DNA from: the human T2T-CHM13v2.0 reference genome, Homo sapiens
Direction: 5' to 3' (one strand)
Length of the DNA: 64,000 nt
NCBI RefSeq assembly: GCF_009914755.1
Contig: NC_060947.1
The position numbers and the translations under genes are program-made. Shown here piece by piece: positions 26,105 to 40,458 of this stretch. The notes below the pieces were generated by a model. The model saw only the letters and a program-made list of their open reading frames with translations. It made no database searches and had not been told where the DNA came from. Every line of letters begins with the position of its first letter. Position 1 is the stretch's first letter.

Positions 26105-27334
26105 GTGAGAGATTTCAAGTATATTTCTATATAGTCTTTGCTTTAAATATATCTTAAAGATTAAACTATTATTGCTGTTTCATTCAAGATGAATTTGTGT
26201 AAAATATGACCCCATTATTTAACACAATTTGATTCTAATTCGCTTAGAAATATAAGCAGAACATTAGAAACAACCAATTTCACACCAAAAGTTACTTGTC
26301 TTTGCAAATGGTTTTTATCAATCATCTTGTCCACTAGGTCCAAACCAAGGCCCTACTCCTCTGTAGATTCTGCTGCTTTTGCTCCCCTTCAAAAGGTTAA
26401 GGAAGTACAGTCTCCTGCTGAGCAGTTCATCTAAGATTTGGCCAGATGTTAGAAATGAGGATGGGAATGAACTGCTAGTACATGGGATTAGACCAGGCAA
26501 TCCAGGAATCTCCACACTCTGCCCCAGTCCAGAGCCTCTCCCACCCAAGGTCACTGAGGGAAATGAGTGTCCAAGAACCAATGGCATAGAGGAAGCTGCA
26601 TAGCATTTTGCTATTAGCTGGTGCATCGTTCCCAAACCCCAATGCACAGGGCCCTGGTAAAGAAGGGAGCCATCTAGGGATCCCCTTCCCTTGAGCTGGT
26701 CAGGCCCTTTGGCTTCAGTTCAAAGTAGGCCATAAGGCCATAGTTCCTGCACTGTTTTGTTGTCGTTGTTTTCCCCCTCATCTCCAACATCTAAACCTGA
26801 GTTTGGTCTCCTATCCTTGTGATAAGAGACAGTGCCAGGGCAATGGACCTGGAACCAGAGAGAGAGGCAAAAGAGAGTAGTTTCCCCAGTGCCTGCTGCG
26901 CAACCTGGCTGAGGGTGGGGCTATGGGGTACAGAACAAGTTAGGGGGCTGAGATCCAGGGTCTGAGCCTTCTCTTGCTAGTCATTCACCAGGAGCTCTGG
27001 CCTTGGCTGCTTCAGTCACGGGGAAGGGAAGCAGCCAGGACACTGCCGGTGATCTGCGGGGATGCTACCAATAGCCCTGCTGCTCTTGATTGATCCTCCC
27101 GCAGCCTTATCACCATCAGCCCAGGGCCTTTTCAGAGGACATCTGCCTCCCTACTGCAGAAAGTCTGTGAAATACTAGGCCTGTTTCCCCACTGAGAGCT
27201 ACTGTTACTGATGGCAGTGTGTGTTGGGGCAGAAGGAAGGTTGATAGTCATGATGCTGCCTGTGCTGTCCGGCTCCCCAGCAGCTCTGCCCTGAGGAGGA
27301 CCTGGAGAACTCAGAAGATGGCTCTCCACCTTGA

Positions 27335-27772
27335 GTGCACACAGCCAGCCCCTGGGAACCTTCTTCCTGTGAGCCTGGAGACAGGCTTAGGTGTGTGTAA
27401 AAGTTCCCCAGGTGATTCAGATGTGCAAATGAGTTTGACAACCAGTGATCTAGCTTAGTGCTCCAAATGTGGTCCTGAGAACTTGTTAGAGACACCAAAC
27501 TTCAGCCTCACTGATGACCTTCCAGTGCTCTGGGTGTGGGGCCCAGCCCTCTGGTTCCACAAGCCCTTCTGGGGGCTGATGGATGCTCAACTTGGAGACC
27601 ATTGCTGTAGACTAACATTGCTCAAACCTTAATGAGCACACAAGTCCCCTGGGACTCTTATTGAAATGCAGATTCTGATTCAGTGGGGCTGAGGCAGAGC
27701 CTGAGATGCCACATTTCTGATAAGCTCTCAGGTGATGCCATCGGGTCACAGATCACATTTTCAGTGGCAAGG
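27335..27772. mobile_element. Cluster of three MER5-family hAT elements
   Basis: CCCCAGGTGATTCAGATG, AAATGTGGTCC..GAACTTGTTAGA and AAATGCAGATTCTGATTCAGT motifs. Confidence 0.65.
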
Positions 27773-28817
27773 GAGCACAGAGACATACCTCTAGAAATAA
27801 GGAACAAAGGGGAGGGAGTCTGAATAGCCAAAGTAGATTTCATGGAGTCCTCAGGCCCTCACTTAGAAATTAACACTGACTTTTACACCCAGCTTCAACA
27901 AACTGATTGGGGTCTCACATGATCTGATGGCCAGGTCACAGGTGATTAAAGATAGCCTGTTAGAGAGCTGGCCTGGGTAAGAGGGGCTGGTCCCAGAGGT
28001 AGGTGTGCTGATGGTGCATGTGAAAGGTAGCAGCAAACACACTCCAGAAGCATGAAGACTGGCCTGAAGCCTTACTGTTTTATAGAGCCAGGCACTGTTG
28101 CTATTTGTGTTGATGCTGAGCCAATAAGAAAGTTAAATGATTGTCATGTTCAGGTTAGGACAAGAAAGTATGAAACACATTTTAGAAAAATTGCATAAAA
28201 AGGTTGAACACAAAAAATAATTGCAGTGCTTCTAAAGGGATGAGCACCATTTCGGTGGATGTGAAATAGCTTATTCCTCCCAAATGTGGATTTTTAAACA
28301 TCTTCAAACTGACCTCCATTCTTTATACTGCTTAGTGCCTGTTTTCATGTCTAAGCCATGTCATTTTTGTGCTTTTATTGGATTTTAAGAAAAGGGGTTT
28401 GAATTAGAAGATTTCAGATGCTTCTCACAGCTCTAAGATTCTGTCTGTGAAATGTGTGTATAATTAATTTCTTTTAAAATTACATTGTTAATGCATTAGC
28501 ACAGACATCCATGACTAGTCTTTATCAGTTCATTAAGAAATGAATGAGATATATAGCAGGTATAAGATGCAGTCATAGGAAAGATTATTTTTAGGTTGCC
28601 TACTGTTAAGTAAGCTATGCAGTGTAAAATTGTCAGAAATATCAGAATAAAATGAACTAGTCTGTATGTGAACAAAGAAACTAAGGGAAAAATAATTGAG
28701 GGACTCTTTAGAGTCCCAAAGACACTCAATAATATCCATAGTTTAATACAATCCTTACTCCTCTGGGTAGGTTTAATAGTCATTGATATTTTTGTTCCTC
28801 AAGAGGTGCAGAATTGG

Positions 28818-29120
28818 GGCCAGGTGTGGTGGCTCACACCTATAATCTCAGCGACTCAGGAGGCTGAGGTAGAAGGATCGCTTGAGGCCAGGAATTCAAG
28901 ACCAGCCTGGGCAACATAGTGAGACACCCCATCTCTTCAAAAAAAAAATTAAAAAATTAGCCAGGCATGGTGGTGTGCACCTGTAGTCCCAGTTACTCGG
29001 GCGGCTGAGGCAGGAGGATTGCTTGAGTCCAGGAGTTCAAGGTTACAGTGAACTATGATTGTACCAGTGCACTCCAGCCTGGGTGACAGAGTGAGACCCT
29101 GTCTCTAAAACAATAAAAAA
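28818..29120 (+). mobile_element. AluJ-like element
   Basis: Full Alu with TSD GAGGTGCAGAATT on both sides. Confidence 0.93.
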
Positions 29121-29543
29121 GGAGGTGCAGAATTTTATTATAGATTACTGTGCTATGTATTTTCGGAAATCGTACTTTTAGGTAAAAGGTACAGTTTCCA
29201 GGAGAAGAGGCCAAAACAAACTATGAATTGCAGCGACCTAATCTTTCGTTTATATTACTCCACCTGCTACTGTTTCCTCCAATGAGCTGTTTTTTGAGTT
29301 GAGCTTAATGCCATGACACCCCCTGAGTATAAATGGCAGTCTTGACCCAACATGAGTAGGTGGAGCCTTTGTTTTCCAGTTTTCATGGGTGCCAATGGGC
29401 TTGGACTGAGCCCTGCCCACTTTGACCTCCCATATCTGGTACCCAGTGACCAGAATAAGGCTTGTTGTCACTGACTCTAGAACACACCTTTCCAAGCTCC
29501 CAAATCTACAATGCAGGCTCAGGGGCTAGGAATGAAGACTCAT

Positions 29544-29909
29544 TGTCATAGTCTGTTTGGGCTGCTGTAACAAAATATCATAAATGAGGTGGTTTATAAA
29601 CAACAGAAATTCTTTCTCACAGTTCTGGAGGTTGGGAAATCCAACATCAAGGCCCCAGCAGATTCAGTGTCTGGTGAGGGCTTGCTTCCTGGTTCATAGA
29701 TTAGCTGTCTTTTCATTGTAACCTGACATCATGGAAGCAACAAGAGAGCTCTCTTGGGCTTCTTTGAGAAGAGCACTAATCCCATTCACTAGAGCTCTAC
29801 CCTCATGACCTGATCACTTCCCAAAGGCCCCACTTCCTCATACTACACCTTGGGGATTAGAATTTCAACATAGAAATTTTGGGGGGATACAGATATTCAG
29901 TTCATAGCA
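29544..29909. mobile_element. MLT1A-type LTR
   Basis: TGTCATAGTCTGTTTGGGCTGCTGTAACAAAATA..TTCTCACAGTTCTGGAGG..ATTCAGTTCATAGCA. Confidence 0.88.
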
Positions 29910-30186
29910 CTTATATGGCTTGAAAATATGTCAATAATTTGCTATCTTTTAGTAAACATTTGTTTTTAAAAGTTTGAGAATTATAAAATATAGGACAAAA
30001 CCCTGGATCTTTCATTCCTATCCTTGATTTAATAAAGCTTTAGTACACAAAAATGTCATATATTTGCTTACAATTCACAAATTCTGTGGTGCCAATAATT
30101 TATGAATAGGGCATAACTAAGCAGCATAGAGAAGTCCTGGGAAAATTGGACATAGTGTGCCTGGCCTGTTAAAAGATAGCTATTTG

Positions 30187-30490
30187 AGCCGGGCACGGTA
30201 GCTCATGCCTGTAATCCCAGCACTTTAGGAGGCCGAGATGGGAGGATCACTTGAGATCAGGAGCTCAAGACCAGCCTAGGTAACATAGGGAGACCTTGTC
30301 TTTACAAAAAAAAAACAAAAAACAAAAAACAAAAAAAACTAGCTGGGTTGTGGCAGTAGTCCCAGCTACTTGGCAGGCTGAAGTGGGAGGGATCACTTGA
30401 GCCTGGGACGTTGAGGCTGCAGTGAACCACAGTCGCACCACTGCACTCCAGCCTGGGCAACAAAGTGGGACCCTATCTAAATAAATAAAT
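30187..30490 (+). mobile_element. AluJ-like element
   Basis: Dimeric Alu with an expanded middle A-rich linker. Confidence 0.92.
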
Positions 30491-31497
30491 GCATGAATGA
30501 GAGAGAGAGAAATAGAGAAAGATAGCCGTTTGAAATGTGAGGCCACTGTCAGAGTTGCGAGGGGCAATCTTAAAGGCTCCAAGAAAGGATGAACCAGTAG
30601 ATATTGTTAGCATTTCAGCCAGAGACATCACATCATTGATTTAGTTCATCTAAGAACAAGGGTGCCAGTAAGAACCACCAGAATTAGTTTCCAGAGGTTT
30701 CTGAAGCAGTAATATTCTGATGGGATTCCTTAGAGGAGAGTTGTGTGTTTCTGAGAGCAATCCTTAAGATGGAGAGAGAAGCAAATCTTAATCCACGGTA
30801 TCTGAGCATAATTCCTTAAGTCAGCTAATATAATAGCCTGGTGAAGAAAACAGTTTCAGGTGGAGTTTGGACAGTCCTGGATTGACCATTGTTCTAATTG
30901 AAAAGCCTGGTGCTAGTCTAGTAGTAAAGCTAAACTAAAAAATAAACTTCTCTACCAGTGATCCTGATGTGATCATTCTGGAGATGTGAAGATTTGTCAT
31001 GATAGTGTGCACACAGCACTCTGATTGAAGAATAGGTTTTTAAGTAAACCAACTTAAATACAAGCATGCTGGGTAGTACTATTTGGCTTTGCTTCATTGA
31101 GTAGGTGATGAATATTTTACTGTGTTTTTACATTAGAGTTCTGGCGCATGGTAGGCACTCAGCACATGCCTGCTGTTAGGGTAATTATTATCACTTCCAG
31201 ATCATCTCATGGCCACAACACACCAGCTACTGGCTAGAACCTGCTGGCAATAGTAATAGTCTTCACTGGAATTCTGCAAAATCCCATCAAGAATTACCTA
31301 AAACAATCAAGACGATCTGTGGTTTTGCTCCCTCACTCTGCCAATATGGTGAATTACAGTAATTGATTTGTTTTGTAACATAGATTTTCATATGTTAAGC
31401 CAGGCTTACATTCGTAAAGTAAACCCCACTTGGTCATGTTGTGTTACCTTTTTAAAATGTATTGCCAGGTTCAGCTTGCTCATTTACACTGGTAAGA

Positions 31498-31785
31498 AGT
31501 CAGGCGTGCTGTAATCCCAGCACTTTGGGAGGCTGAGGCGAGTGGATCACGAGGTCAGGAGTTGGAGACCAGCCTGGCCAACATGGTGAAACCCCGTCTC
31601 TACTAAAAATACAAAAATTAGTCGGGCGTGGTGGTGCGCACCTGTAATCCCAGCTACTCAGGAGGCTGAGGCAGGAGAATCACTTGAACCCTGGTGGTGG
31701 AGGTTGCAGTGAGCCGAGATGGCGCCATGGTGCTATTGCACTCCAGCCTGGGGGACAGAGAGAGACTCCGTCTCAAAAAAAAAAA
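31498..31785 (+). mobile_element. AluS (Sg-like) element
   Basis: CTGTAATCCCAGCACTTTGGGAGG..GGATCACGAGGTCAGGAGTT, A tail. Confidence 0.92.
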
Positions 31786-32379
31786 ATTCAGGGGTGTATG
31801 GTCATGGAGTTGTCTTTGTAGGAAGGTTCTTAACTAGGAGTTGTTTATTTAATAGATGCAGAGCTATTCGGATTTTCTATTCTTCTTGAGTCACTTTGGG
31901 TACATGTTATGACTGGATGTACTGCTCCCCTTACCCCCGACCTGGGATGTGGCTGCAGCGGGGAAGCTGGCACAATAGAGGGCTCCCCTCATTTGTTTCC
32001 CTTCTCTCAGGGTCACAGTCCAGTACTGCCTGTTGCCAGTGTCTGAAAACAGTCATTTCTTATATTGTATCCAGCTTGCTAGATGTTTCTGACAGAAGGG
32101 TGAGTCTGGGCTCTGTCCTGCCGCCATGGTGAGAAGTGGAAGCTACATAAGCTTTTCTGGGCATTGAGTACAACAAATTTAGTTGCTGCTGGTTGTTTCT
32201 CAGCCAGATCTATAAGTTTGGACCTAAAACTGTAGGTAGTTGAACTTTACATGGGCTCAGTCTTCCTTTAAATCTTTGACTATATTCCAAGTTGTAGTTT
32301 CGCTGTCTTTCATAAAAAAGTAATATTACTTTTAGAAATTGGACTCTATGACTAAACCTTATTTTTCTCTTCATTTAAG

Positions 32380-32493
32380 TTTCCTTCAGCATTCGAGTTT
32401 AATGAGCTATTCTTGATTACAATTTTGGATCACCTTTATAGCTGTCTTTTTGGGACCTTTTTGTGCAACTGTGAACAGCAGCGATTCAAAGAG
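32380..32493 (+). CDS. MTMR1: MTMR1 exon, [38 protein letters not shown]
   Basis: tcatttaag acceptor and GAG|gtgagt donor. 114 nt. FP.AFEFNE and FGTFL.N motifs. Confidence 0.97.
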
Positions 32494-33550
32494 GTGAGTA
32501 TGCTGCATCCTTGTCTGTTGCTTTCCCTGTGGCTCAGGCACCTCTCCTCGGAAGTGCTACTGTAGGAGGGCTGAGGGGAGGGAGGACTGCGCTCTGGTGC
32601 TATTGCTGACTGTAAATGCCCTCCCAGGGTTCTGGCCAGCCCCACCGCATGTGTCTAACACAAGCCCCTTCCTTTCTAGGCATGGGGGGCTGGGACCCAG
32701 CGAGCCCGTGGCTCTCTCAGGAGTAGATGAGTGCTAGACCCTGGACCTCCTGACTCCGAGTTCATGTAGTCTCCGCTGCACCAACTCCAAAACCGTGGGA
32801 TTCTGCTTTTCATCCTCTGTGGTGTTGGCCAGATCATACTTGAAGGCCTTGGAAATGGAGTCTGCTGATTAGCCAAAAAGCCCACTTTAGGTAGCAAGCT
32901 AACACTTTTTTACATCAAAGTAGTAAAGAAGCAGTTACCAAACTTCTCAGAGTTACATCTCATTTCTTTCTTTTTCCCTCAGTGTGGGATAAAAGAGAAA
33001 CGTGGTCAAAAGTGAGAAGGCATTGGAAAAAGGCAGCTTAAGGAGTATATGATCCTGTTAATAGACAAGGACCAATGCCTGTGAGCCAAGTATGTTAGGA
33101 CAGTATAGAATTCAGGAGAAAGCAGTCTGTCAGTAACGCCCGCCTCCCCCTCTCTCAGCAGCCTCCCCACAGTTGACAGTGCCCTCATTCTGTGACCCCA
33201 CCTGGTCCTGCCTCTTTCCTGCCTCCTCGGCCTCCCCTGCTCAGTCTCCTCTGACTGGCTGCCATTTTAACCAGTCTCTAAAGTTGGAGTCACCTGGGCC
33301 CAGTCCCAGGTCCTCTTCTCCCCTCAACTCTTGTTCCGTCTTTCTAAGTGACTTTGTCTCGCCTCAGGGACCTAAATGCCTTTTCCTGCTCCTCCCCTGC
33401 TCTTTTGCATCTCAGTACACAGCACCACTGGCCATCCAGATGCCGAGGCCAAATACACGGGAGCCACCTTCCACTCCTCCCTCACCCTCACCCTAGCTAC
33501 CACATCCAGTCCCCTGGTGAATGCTGCTGGCCTTGTCCCAAAGTATATTC

Positions 33551-33845
<295 letters not shown>

Positions 33846-34319
33846 GCCCAAAGTATATTCTTAATCTGCCAGTTCTTAACTGCCTTACAGCTATAAGCCT
33901 AGCTCAAGCCCCTACTGTCTCACACTCCTACTGTCTCACATCTGGACTAAGGCAGAAACCCAGGAATGGGCTTCCCTGATTCTCTTTCTGACCTTCAGTA
34001 GTCCATTCTAAACATAGCAACCACAGCGAGCATTCAGTAACTGAAATGTGATCATGTGCCTCTCCCCTGCTTCCCACTGCAGTTAGAGTAAAATCCACAC
34101 TCCTGCGGGCCCAGTGTGATGGGGACTTGCTAACCTCCTAATAAAAAGAAAAACATTTTTAAAAGAGTGAGTTTTGTGTTACGTGAATTATATCTCAAAG
34201 CTATTTAAAACAAATAAAATCAGAAGCAGAAGAATGAAGTTCATATATAGAATTTTAACCATGGCTTTATCTTGTTTTTTTTTTTTTTTTTTTTTGAGAG
34301 GGGGAGTGCAAAATTCATT

Positions 34320-35960
34320 CTTAAAAAAATGAGCTCTCTTGACACATAATTTACATACCATAAAATTCACCCATCTAAAATGTACAATTTCATGGTTCTA
34401 GCATATTCACATATTGTGCAGCCATCATCAATATTTAATTTCATAAAATCTCTTTATTTCTATTTTTTGTAGCGATTGGGGTCTTGCTGTGTTGCCCAGG
34501 CTGGTCTCAAACTCCTGGCCTCAAGTGATGTTCCCGCCTCGGCCTCCCAAAGTGCTGGGATTATAGGTGTAAGCCACTGTGCCTGGCCTAAGTTTATAAA
34601 ATTTCTGTCACCCCCAAAAGAAATGGCATACTTGGTAGCAATCACTTCCCATTTCCCCCACCCCTATCCCCTAGCAACCATCAATCTGCTTTCTGTCTCT
34701 ACGGATTTGCCAATTCTGGACATTTCATAGAAATGGAATTATACAATAGGTGAACTTATATGACTGTCTTCCTTTGCTTAGCGTAATGTTTTCAAGGTTC
34801 ATCTATGCACCAATACATCCTTTTTATGGCTGAGCAATATTCCGTTATATGGATAGACCACATTTTGTTTATCCATTCATTGGTTGATAGAAATTTGGAT
34901 TGTTTCCACATTTTGGTTTTTAGGAATAATGCTACTATAACTATTCATGTACAGGTTTTTATGTGGACATACGCCTTCATTCATTTATACCTACGAGTGG
35001 AATTGCCGGGTCATGTGGCAATTATGTTTAACCTATTGAGGAACTGCCAGATTGTTTTCCAAAGCAGTTGCACACACGAGCAATGTCTGAGGCTTCCAAT
35101 TTCTCCACATTTCACCAACGCTTACTATTTTCCTTTTTAAAAAAATTATAGCCATCCTAGTGAGTGGGAAGTGGTATGTTGTGGTTTTAGATTTGCATTT
35201 CCCCAACGACTAATGATGTTGAGCATATTTCCATGTGCTTATTGGCCATTTGCATATCTTCTGTGGAGAATGTGTATTCAGCTCCTTAGTTCATTTTAAA
35301 ATTGTGGTGTTTGTCCTTTTTATTATGGAGTTGTAAGAGTTCCTTATACATTCTTTATATATTCAAGTCCCTTATAAGATACATGATTTGCAAAAATTTT
35401 CTCCCACTCTAGGGGTTGTTTTTTTTTACTTTCTTCATGGTGTTCTTTGAAGCACAAAAGTTTTTAATTTTGATGAACTGCAATTTATCTATTTTTTCTC
35501 TTGCTGCTTACACTTTTGGTATCATATCTAAGAAACCATTGCTTAACCCAAAGTCATGAAGATTTGCTCCTGTTTTCTTCTAAGAGCTTTATACTTTTAG
35601 GTCTTACATTTAGGTCTGTGATCTGTTCTGAGGTAACGTTTGTATACGGTGTGAATTAAGGATCCAACTTCATTCTTTTGTGTGTTGGCTATCTAGCTGT
35701 CCCAGCACCATTTGTTGGAAAGATTTTCTTTCCCTCATTCAATTTTCTTGCCAACCTTGTTGAAGATCAGTTGACCGTAAATGTCAGAGAGTTCATTTCT
35801 GTGCTTTCTATTCTGTTCCATTGATCTGCATGTCTGTCCTTACGCCAGCACTGCTGGCATTGATTACTGTAGCTTTGTGGTAAGTTTTGAAAATGGGAAG
35901 TATGAGTCCTCCTACTTTGTTCTTTTTCAGGATTATTTTAGCTATTCCAGATCCTTTGAA
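34320..35960 (-). mobile_element. L1MB-type 3' portion with an internal FLAM/Alu monomer (~34450-34590)
   Basis: CATAAAATTCACCCAT.TAAAATGTACAATT 3' end, ORF2-derived antisense sequence, and an Alu left-monomer reverse complement. Confidence 0.85.
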
Positions 35961-36387
35961 TTTTTGTTGGTGTTTCTCTTATAAATAAATAAATGTATAC
36001 AAATTGAAATGGTCCTAATTGAATGTTCCTGTATTTAGATAGCTCATGGGAAGTCAGCAGCAGAGTGGGAGAAAATGCTGTTGGCCTTGCCGTTTTCTCA
36101 TTTGACTTTGTCATTGTGCTTGATCCATTGTTTAACGTTTACCTGCCTCACCATGCCTGCACATTTGGGTGTTTTTGTTCAGATGAGCAATGCAAGTAGG
36201 TACAGTGTTTCTGAATAGTGTACTACAAAATTAGGGGAAGAAGAGATAACTTAGTGATATATTTACTTGTCTTTATAGAGCTTCTCCAGCCTGCACCACA
36301 GCACATTGTCCTCCAGATAGCTATGATTTTCCAGCACAAGGAACCTTAACTGTAAAATCTATTCTCATTTCTCAATATTAAGAGTCA

Positions 36388-36989
<602 letters not shown>

Positions 36990-37334
36990 TACAAAAGCAA
37001 ACCTTACACCAGAATTCAAAATTATATTTGTTATTGGTGGGTCCTATCATCCTGTGGTTGTTAGAAAGTTCTCACTCTGCCTTTCCATAGACACAGTTGT
37101 CGGATGCTACCTAACTTCAGCAATATGTTTTTCCAGGACAGCAAGCAGTGTGTTTTCATTTCATCCCACCATGAGGCCATGAGTGGGAAGAAGGTGGGGC
37201 TGGGACCTAGTAGACATTCATGAATTTTTCAGCGTTTGAATTCACTTCATTATTCAAGTCCTTTTCTCGGTGTAATACTAATTCTTGATGATATGAAGAA
37301 AAGTTTATTTCCAATGTTCTTTTTTGTTTTTCAG

Positions 37335-37511
37335 GATGTATATACAAAGACGATATCTTTATGGTCGTATATCAATAGCCAGCTAGACGAGTTTTCTAAT
37401 CCCTTCTTTGTGAATTATGAAAACCACGTGTTATATCCTGTTGCTAGTCTGAGTCATTTGGAATTGTGGGTAAATTATTATGTACGATGGAATCCACGGA
37501 TGAGACCTCAG
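37335..37511 (+). CDS. MTMR1: MTMR1 penultimate exon, [25 protein letters not shown]...[12 protein letters not shown]
   Basis: tttttcag acceptor and CAG|gtatct donor. 177 nt. Confidence 0.97.
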
Positions 37512-38273
37512 GTATCTTTTTGTTTTTCTTTTCATGAATGAGAGAGTTTGCCTTTTTTTCCAAGTAAAGATGGTGGTATGAAAATGTGTTAATGGTAGAT
37601 ATTAACATACCATACTGACCGTCTTCTGCCCTCTCCTGTCAGGGTTCAATCCTTTGCATTCATGTTCCAGGAGGTTCCACCCATACGCCAACTCTGATGA
37701 TGTTTGCTGGGTTACAGTTAAAAAGTCTTAGCACTTCTGTCTCGTACTGATGAGGTACATAAAATGCTATGTGCTCCAGTGCTTGGCCCTTCTTCTTATA
37801 AACTACTTTACCTGCAGATATGGGGGTTGGGGTGGCAGCCCTTTTCCCTGTTTCCACGTAGAGGTGGTAGAAAGGCGTGTGGAAGATGCATCAGGGCTAC
37901 AGTGTATAGACCCTGTTAGTCCAGCAGTAGGAGGGCAGGTGCTTGAATCACAGAACAGGTGCCCCTTTGAAGAAGGGGGAGAGTTTGCCCCTCCCCACCA
38001 CACTTTTTCACTGTAATATTTTCTGAGATTGAACAAAATTAGAGAATGGTGCACTACAGGGGCCAGTCCGCCAAGCCTGTGTCCTCTCTTTGTGTTCAGT
38101 GGCTGAGCTCTGGCTGCGGGTTCCTGAAGGGCTCCCCACATCCTCCACTGTGTCGTGGTTTGGATTCAGTCCTGCCCCGCACCCCCAGTCTCCACATGGG
38201 TGGCCAGGGCATGGTTGGTTCTGGGTGGTGAAGAAGACAGATAGAGGCAGCCTGTACCTCCATGGACAGATAA

Positions 38274-38615
<342 letters not shown>

Positions 38616-40157
38616 TGAATACTCTCAGAGTTTAACTGCAGTCCATCAGGAGCGTGTACCCAGGGCATTGTTTAATAGCATTGCTCTGTCAGCCAATGAT
38701 ACAGAAATCTGCCTTCCTCTCCATCCTCCTGCTCCCTCATCCCTCTCACCTAGGGTCTTCATGATCTCTAGATCGTCTCCACACTCCACTAGCCATGGGG
38801 CAGTCTGAACTGCTCATGTTCCTTTTCAGCTGCCTGGCCCTGGAACCTCAAGGATACGTCACTATAGTACCCCGGCCTGCCAGCTGGAAAGCTCCCTCAC
38901 TGGTGGCCTTAGCTCCATGCTCCATCTGCTGGGTGCGCCCCGCTGCCCCAGGCCGCTGCTTGGCCACTCCTCACTGGATCCTTTGCCCTCTACCACAGAC
39001 CAGGCTAGTCATCACTTGCCTCTTCTTTCCTAGATGGCTTTCTATTTTGTTCCACAAAGCTTCCACTGCAAATGCTTTTCTCCTCTGGACCCTCTGAGTT
39101 GGCCCTGCCACCCTTACGACCTCAGGAGTGTTTTCCAGAACACTGTGATGGGTGCTCATTCAGCCTAGTACTTGTACGCTGGGCCTGGGGAGTTGGGAAG
39201 GAGTCCTGGCTGCAGGGGTGCTCCTGCATCCTAGGGTGCCCTTAGCCACATCTCCCCTGTACACGCCCTGCCCCTGCTTGAAGCAGATCCCCCGTGTGAA
39301 TGAGCCGCCCTTTGTGTCTTCACATGTATGAAAACAACTAGTGTTTGATCACCTCTTTCAGCTCTTCCCAGAGTCTTCCTTGGATAGGAGAGACTTGCAT
39401 CTGTGTCCCTCTCCCACTAGCCAGGGAGCTGCTGGGACTTGTGCTGCCCTGGAGCCTTTCCCGTTGAGCGCCCTCTTCCCTGCTCACCTAGTGCTCTGGC
39501 GGCCCTATGTTGATTGCCCAAACTAGCGTACTTTGAGAAAGAGAGTGGAGGCGCTGCTAATAATCAGTCTGTAGAATTCCCCAAGACACTCGATACTGCA
39601 CCGGCCTGTTTGCCTGCCTGCTGCCCCTACACACCACAGGCTTTGAAACCACAGGGCCCTCAGGATCTAGCATGGTGTTTGGCAACTAACGGAGACTCGA
39701 CAGATGTGACTGAATGAACGCATGAGTGAATGAAGAGGTGCGCCCCTCTGCTGCAGGCCGGTTCCCCCTGCACATCTGCTCTCTCCAGCCCCTTGAACCT
39801 GCATTTATTCCTTCTCCCTGTGGTGGCTCTTGCCCCTCAGCCTACAGAGGACTCACACCTGCCCACCCTAAACCTGTCCTGTCCCCACTGGCCTCTCCCT
39901 CAGGTCTCCCCTCCACACCCAGTCCTCTGGGATATTGGGACAGCTTTCTACCTACTCTCCCCGCCTCAGTCTGCCTTGTGTCCACGCTCCACCTTCCTCC
40001 AGAGAGGCCTTTTGCTCCTGCCTAACAGCCCAGACATCACCTTCTGTGGCTGCCCGATGGCTCCAGCTCCCCACGCCCTCTGCCACTTGGCCACCACCTG
40101 AGCTCCTGGCATCAACTTAGCTTCCTTCTTCCTCTTTTTAAAAAAATTTACATTTCT

Positions 40158-40458
40158 GGCCGGGCACAGTAACTTACGCCTGTAATCCTAGCACTTTGGG
40201 AGGCCGAGGTGGGCAGATCACGAGGCAGAAGTTTGAGACCAGCCTGACCAACATGGCAAAACCCTGTCTCTACTAAAAATACAAAAATTAGCCAGGTGTG
40301 GTGGTGCACGCCTATAATCCCAGCTACTCAGGAGGCCGAGGCAGAAGAATCGCTTGAACCTGGGAGGCGGAGGTTGTAGTGAGCTGAGATGAGATTGCAC
40401 CACTGCATTCCAGCCTGGGCGACAGAGTGAGACTCCGTCTCAAAAAAAAAAAAAAAAA
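40158..40458 (+). mobile_element. AluS element
   Basis: Full Alu with TSD-like AAAAAATT(T)ACATTT. Confidence 0.95.

Noticed and set aside
37512-37522. Donor GTATCTTTT resembling a U12-type 5' splice site
   Set aside because: It lacks the CC of RTATCCTT, and the matching acceptor at 44208 has a normal pyrimidine tract with no TCCTTAAC branch.
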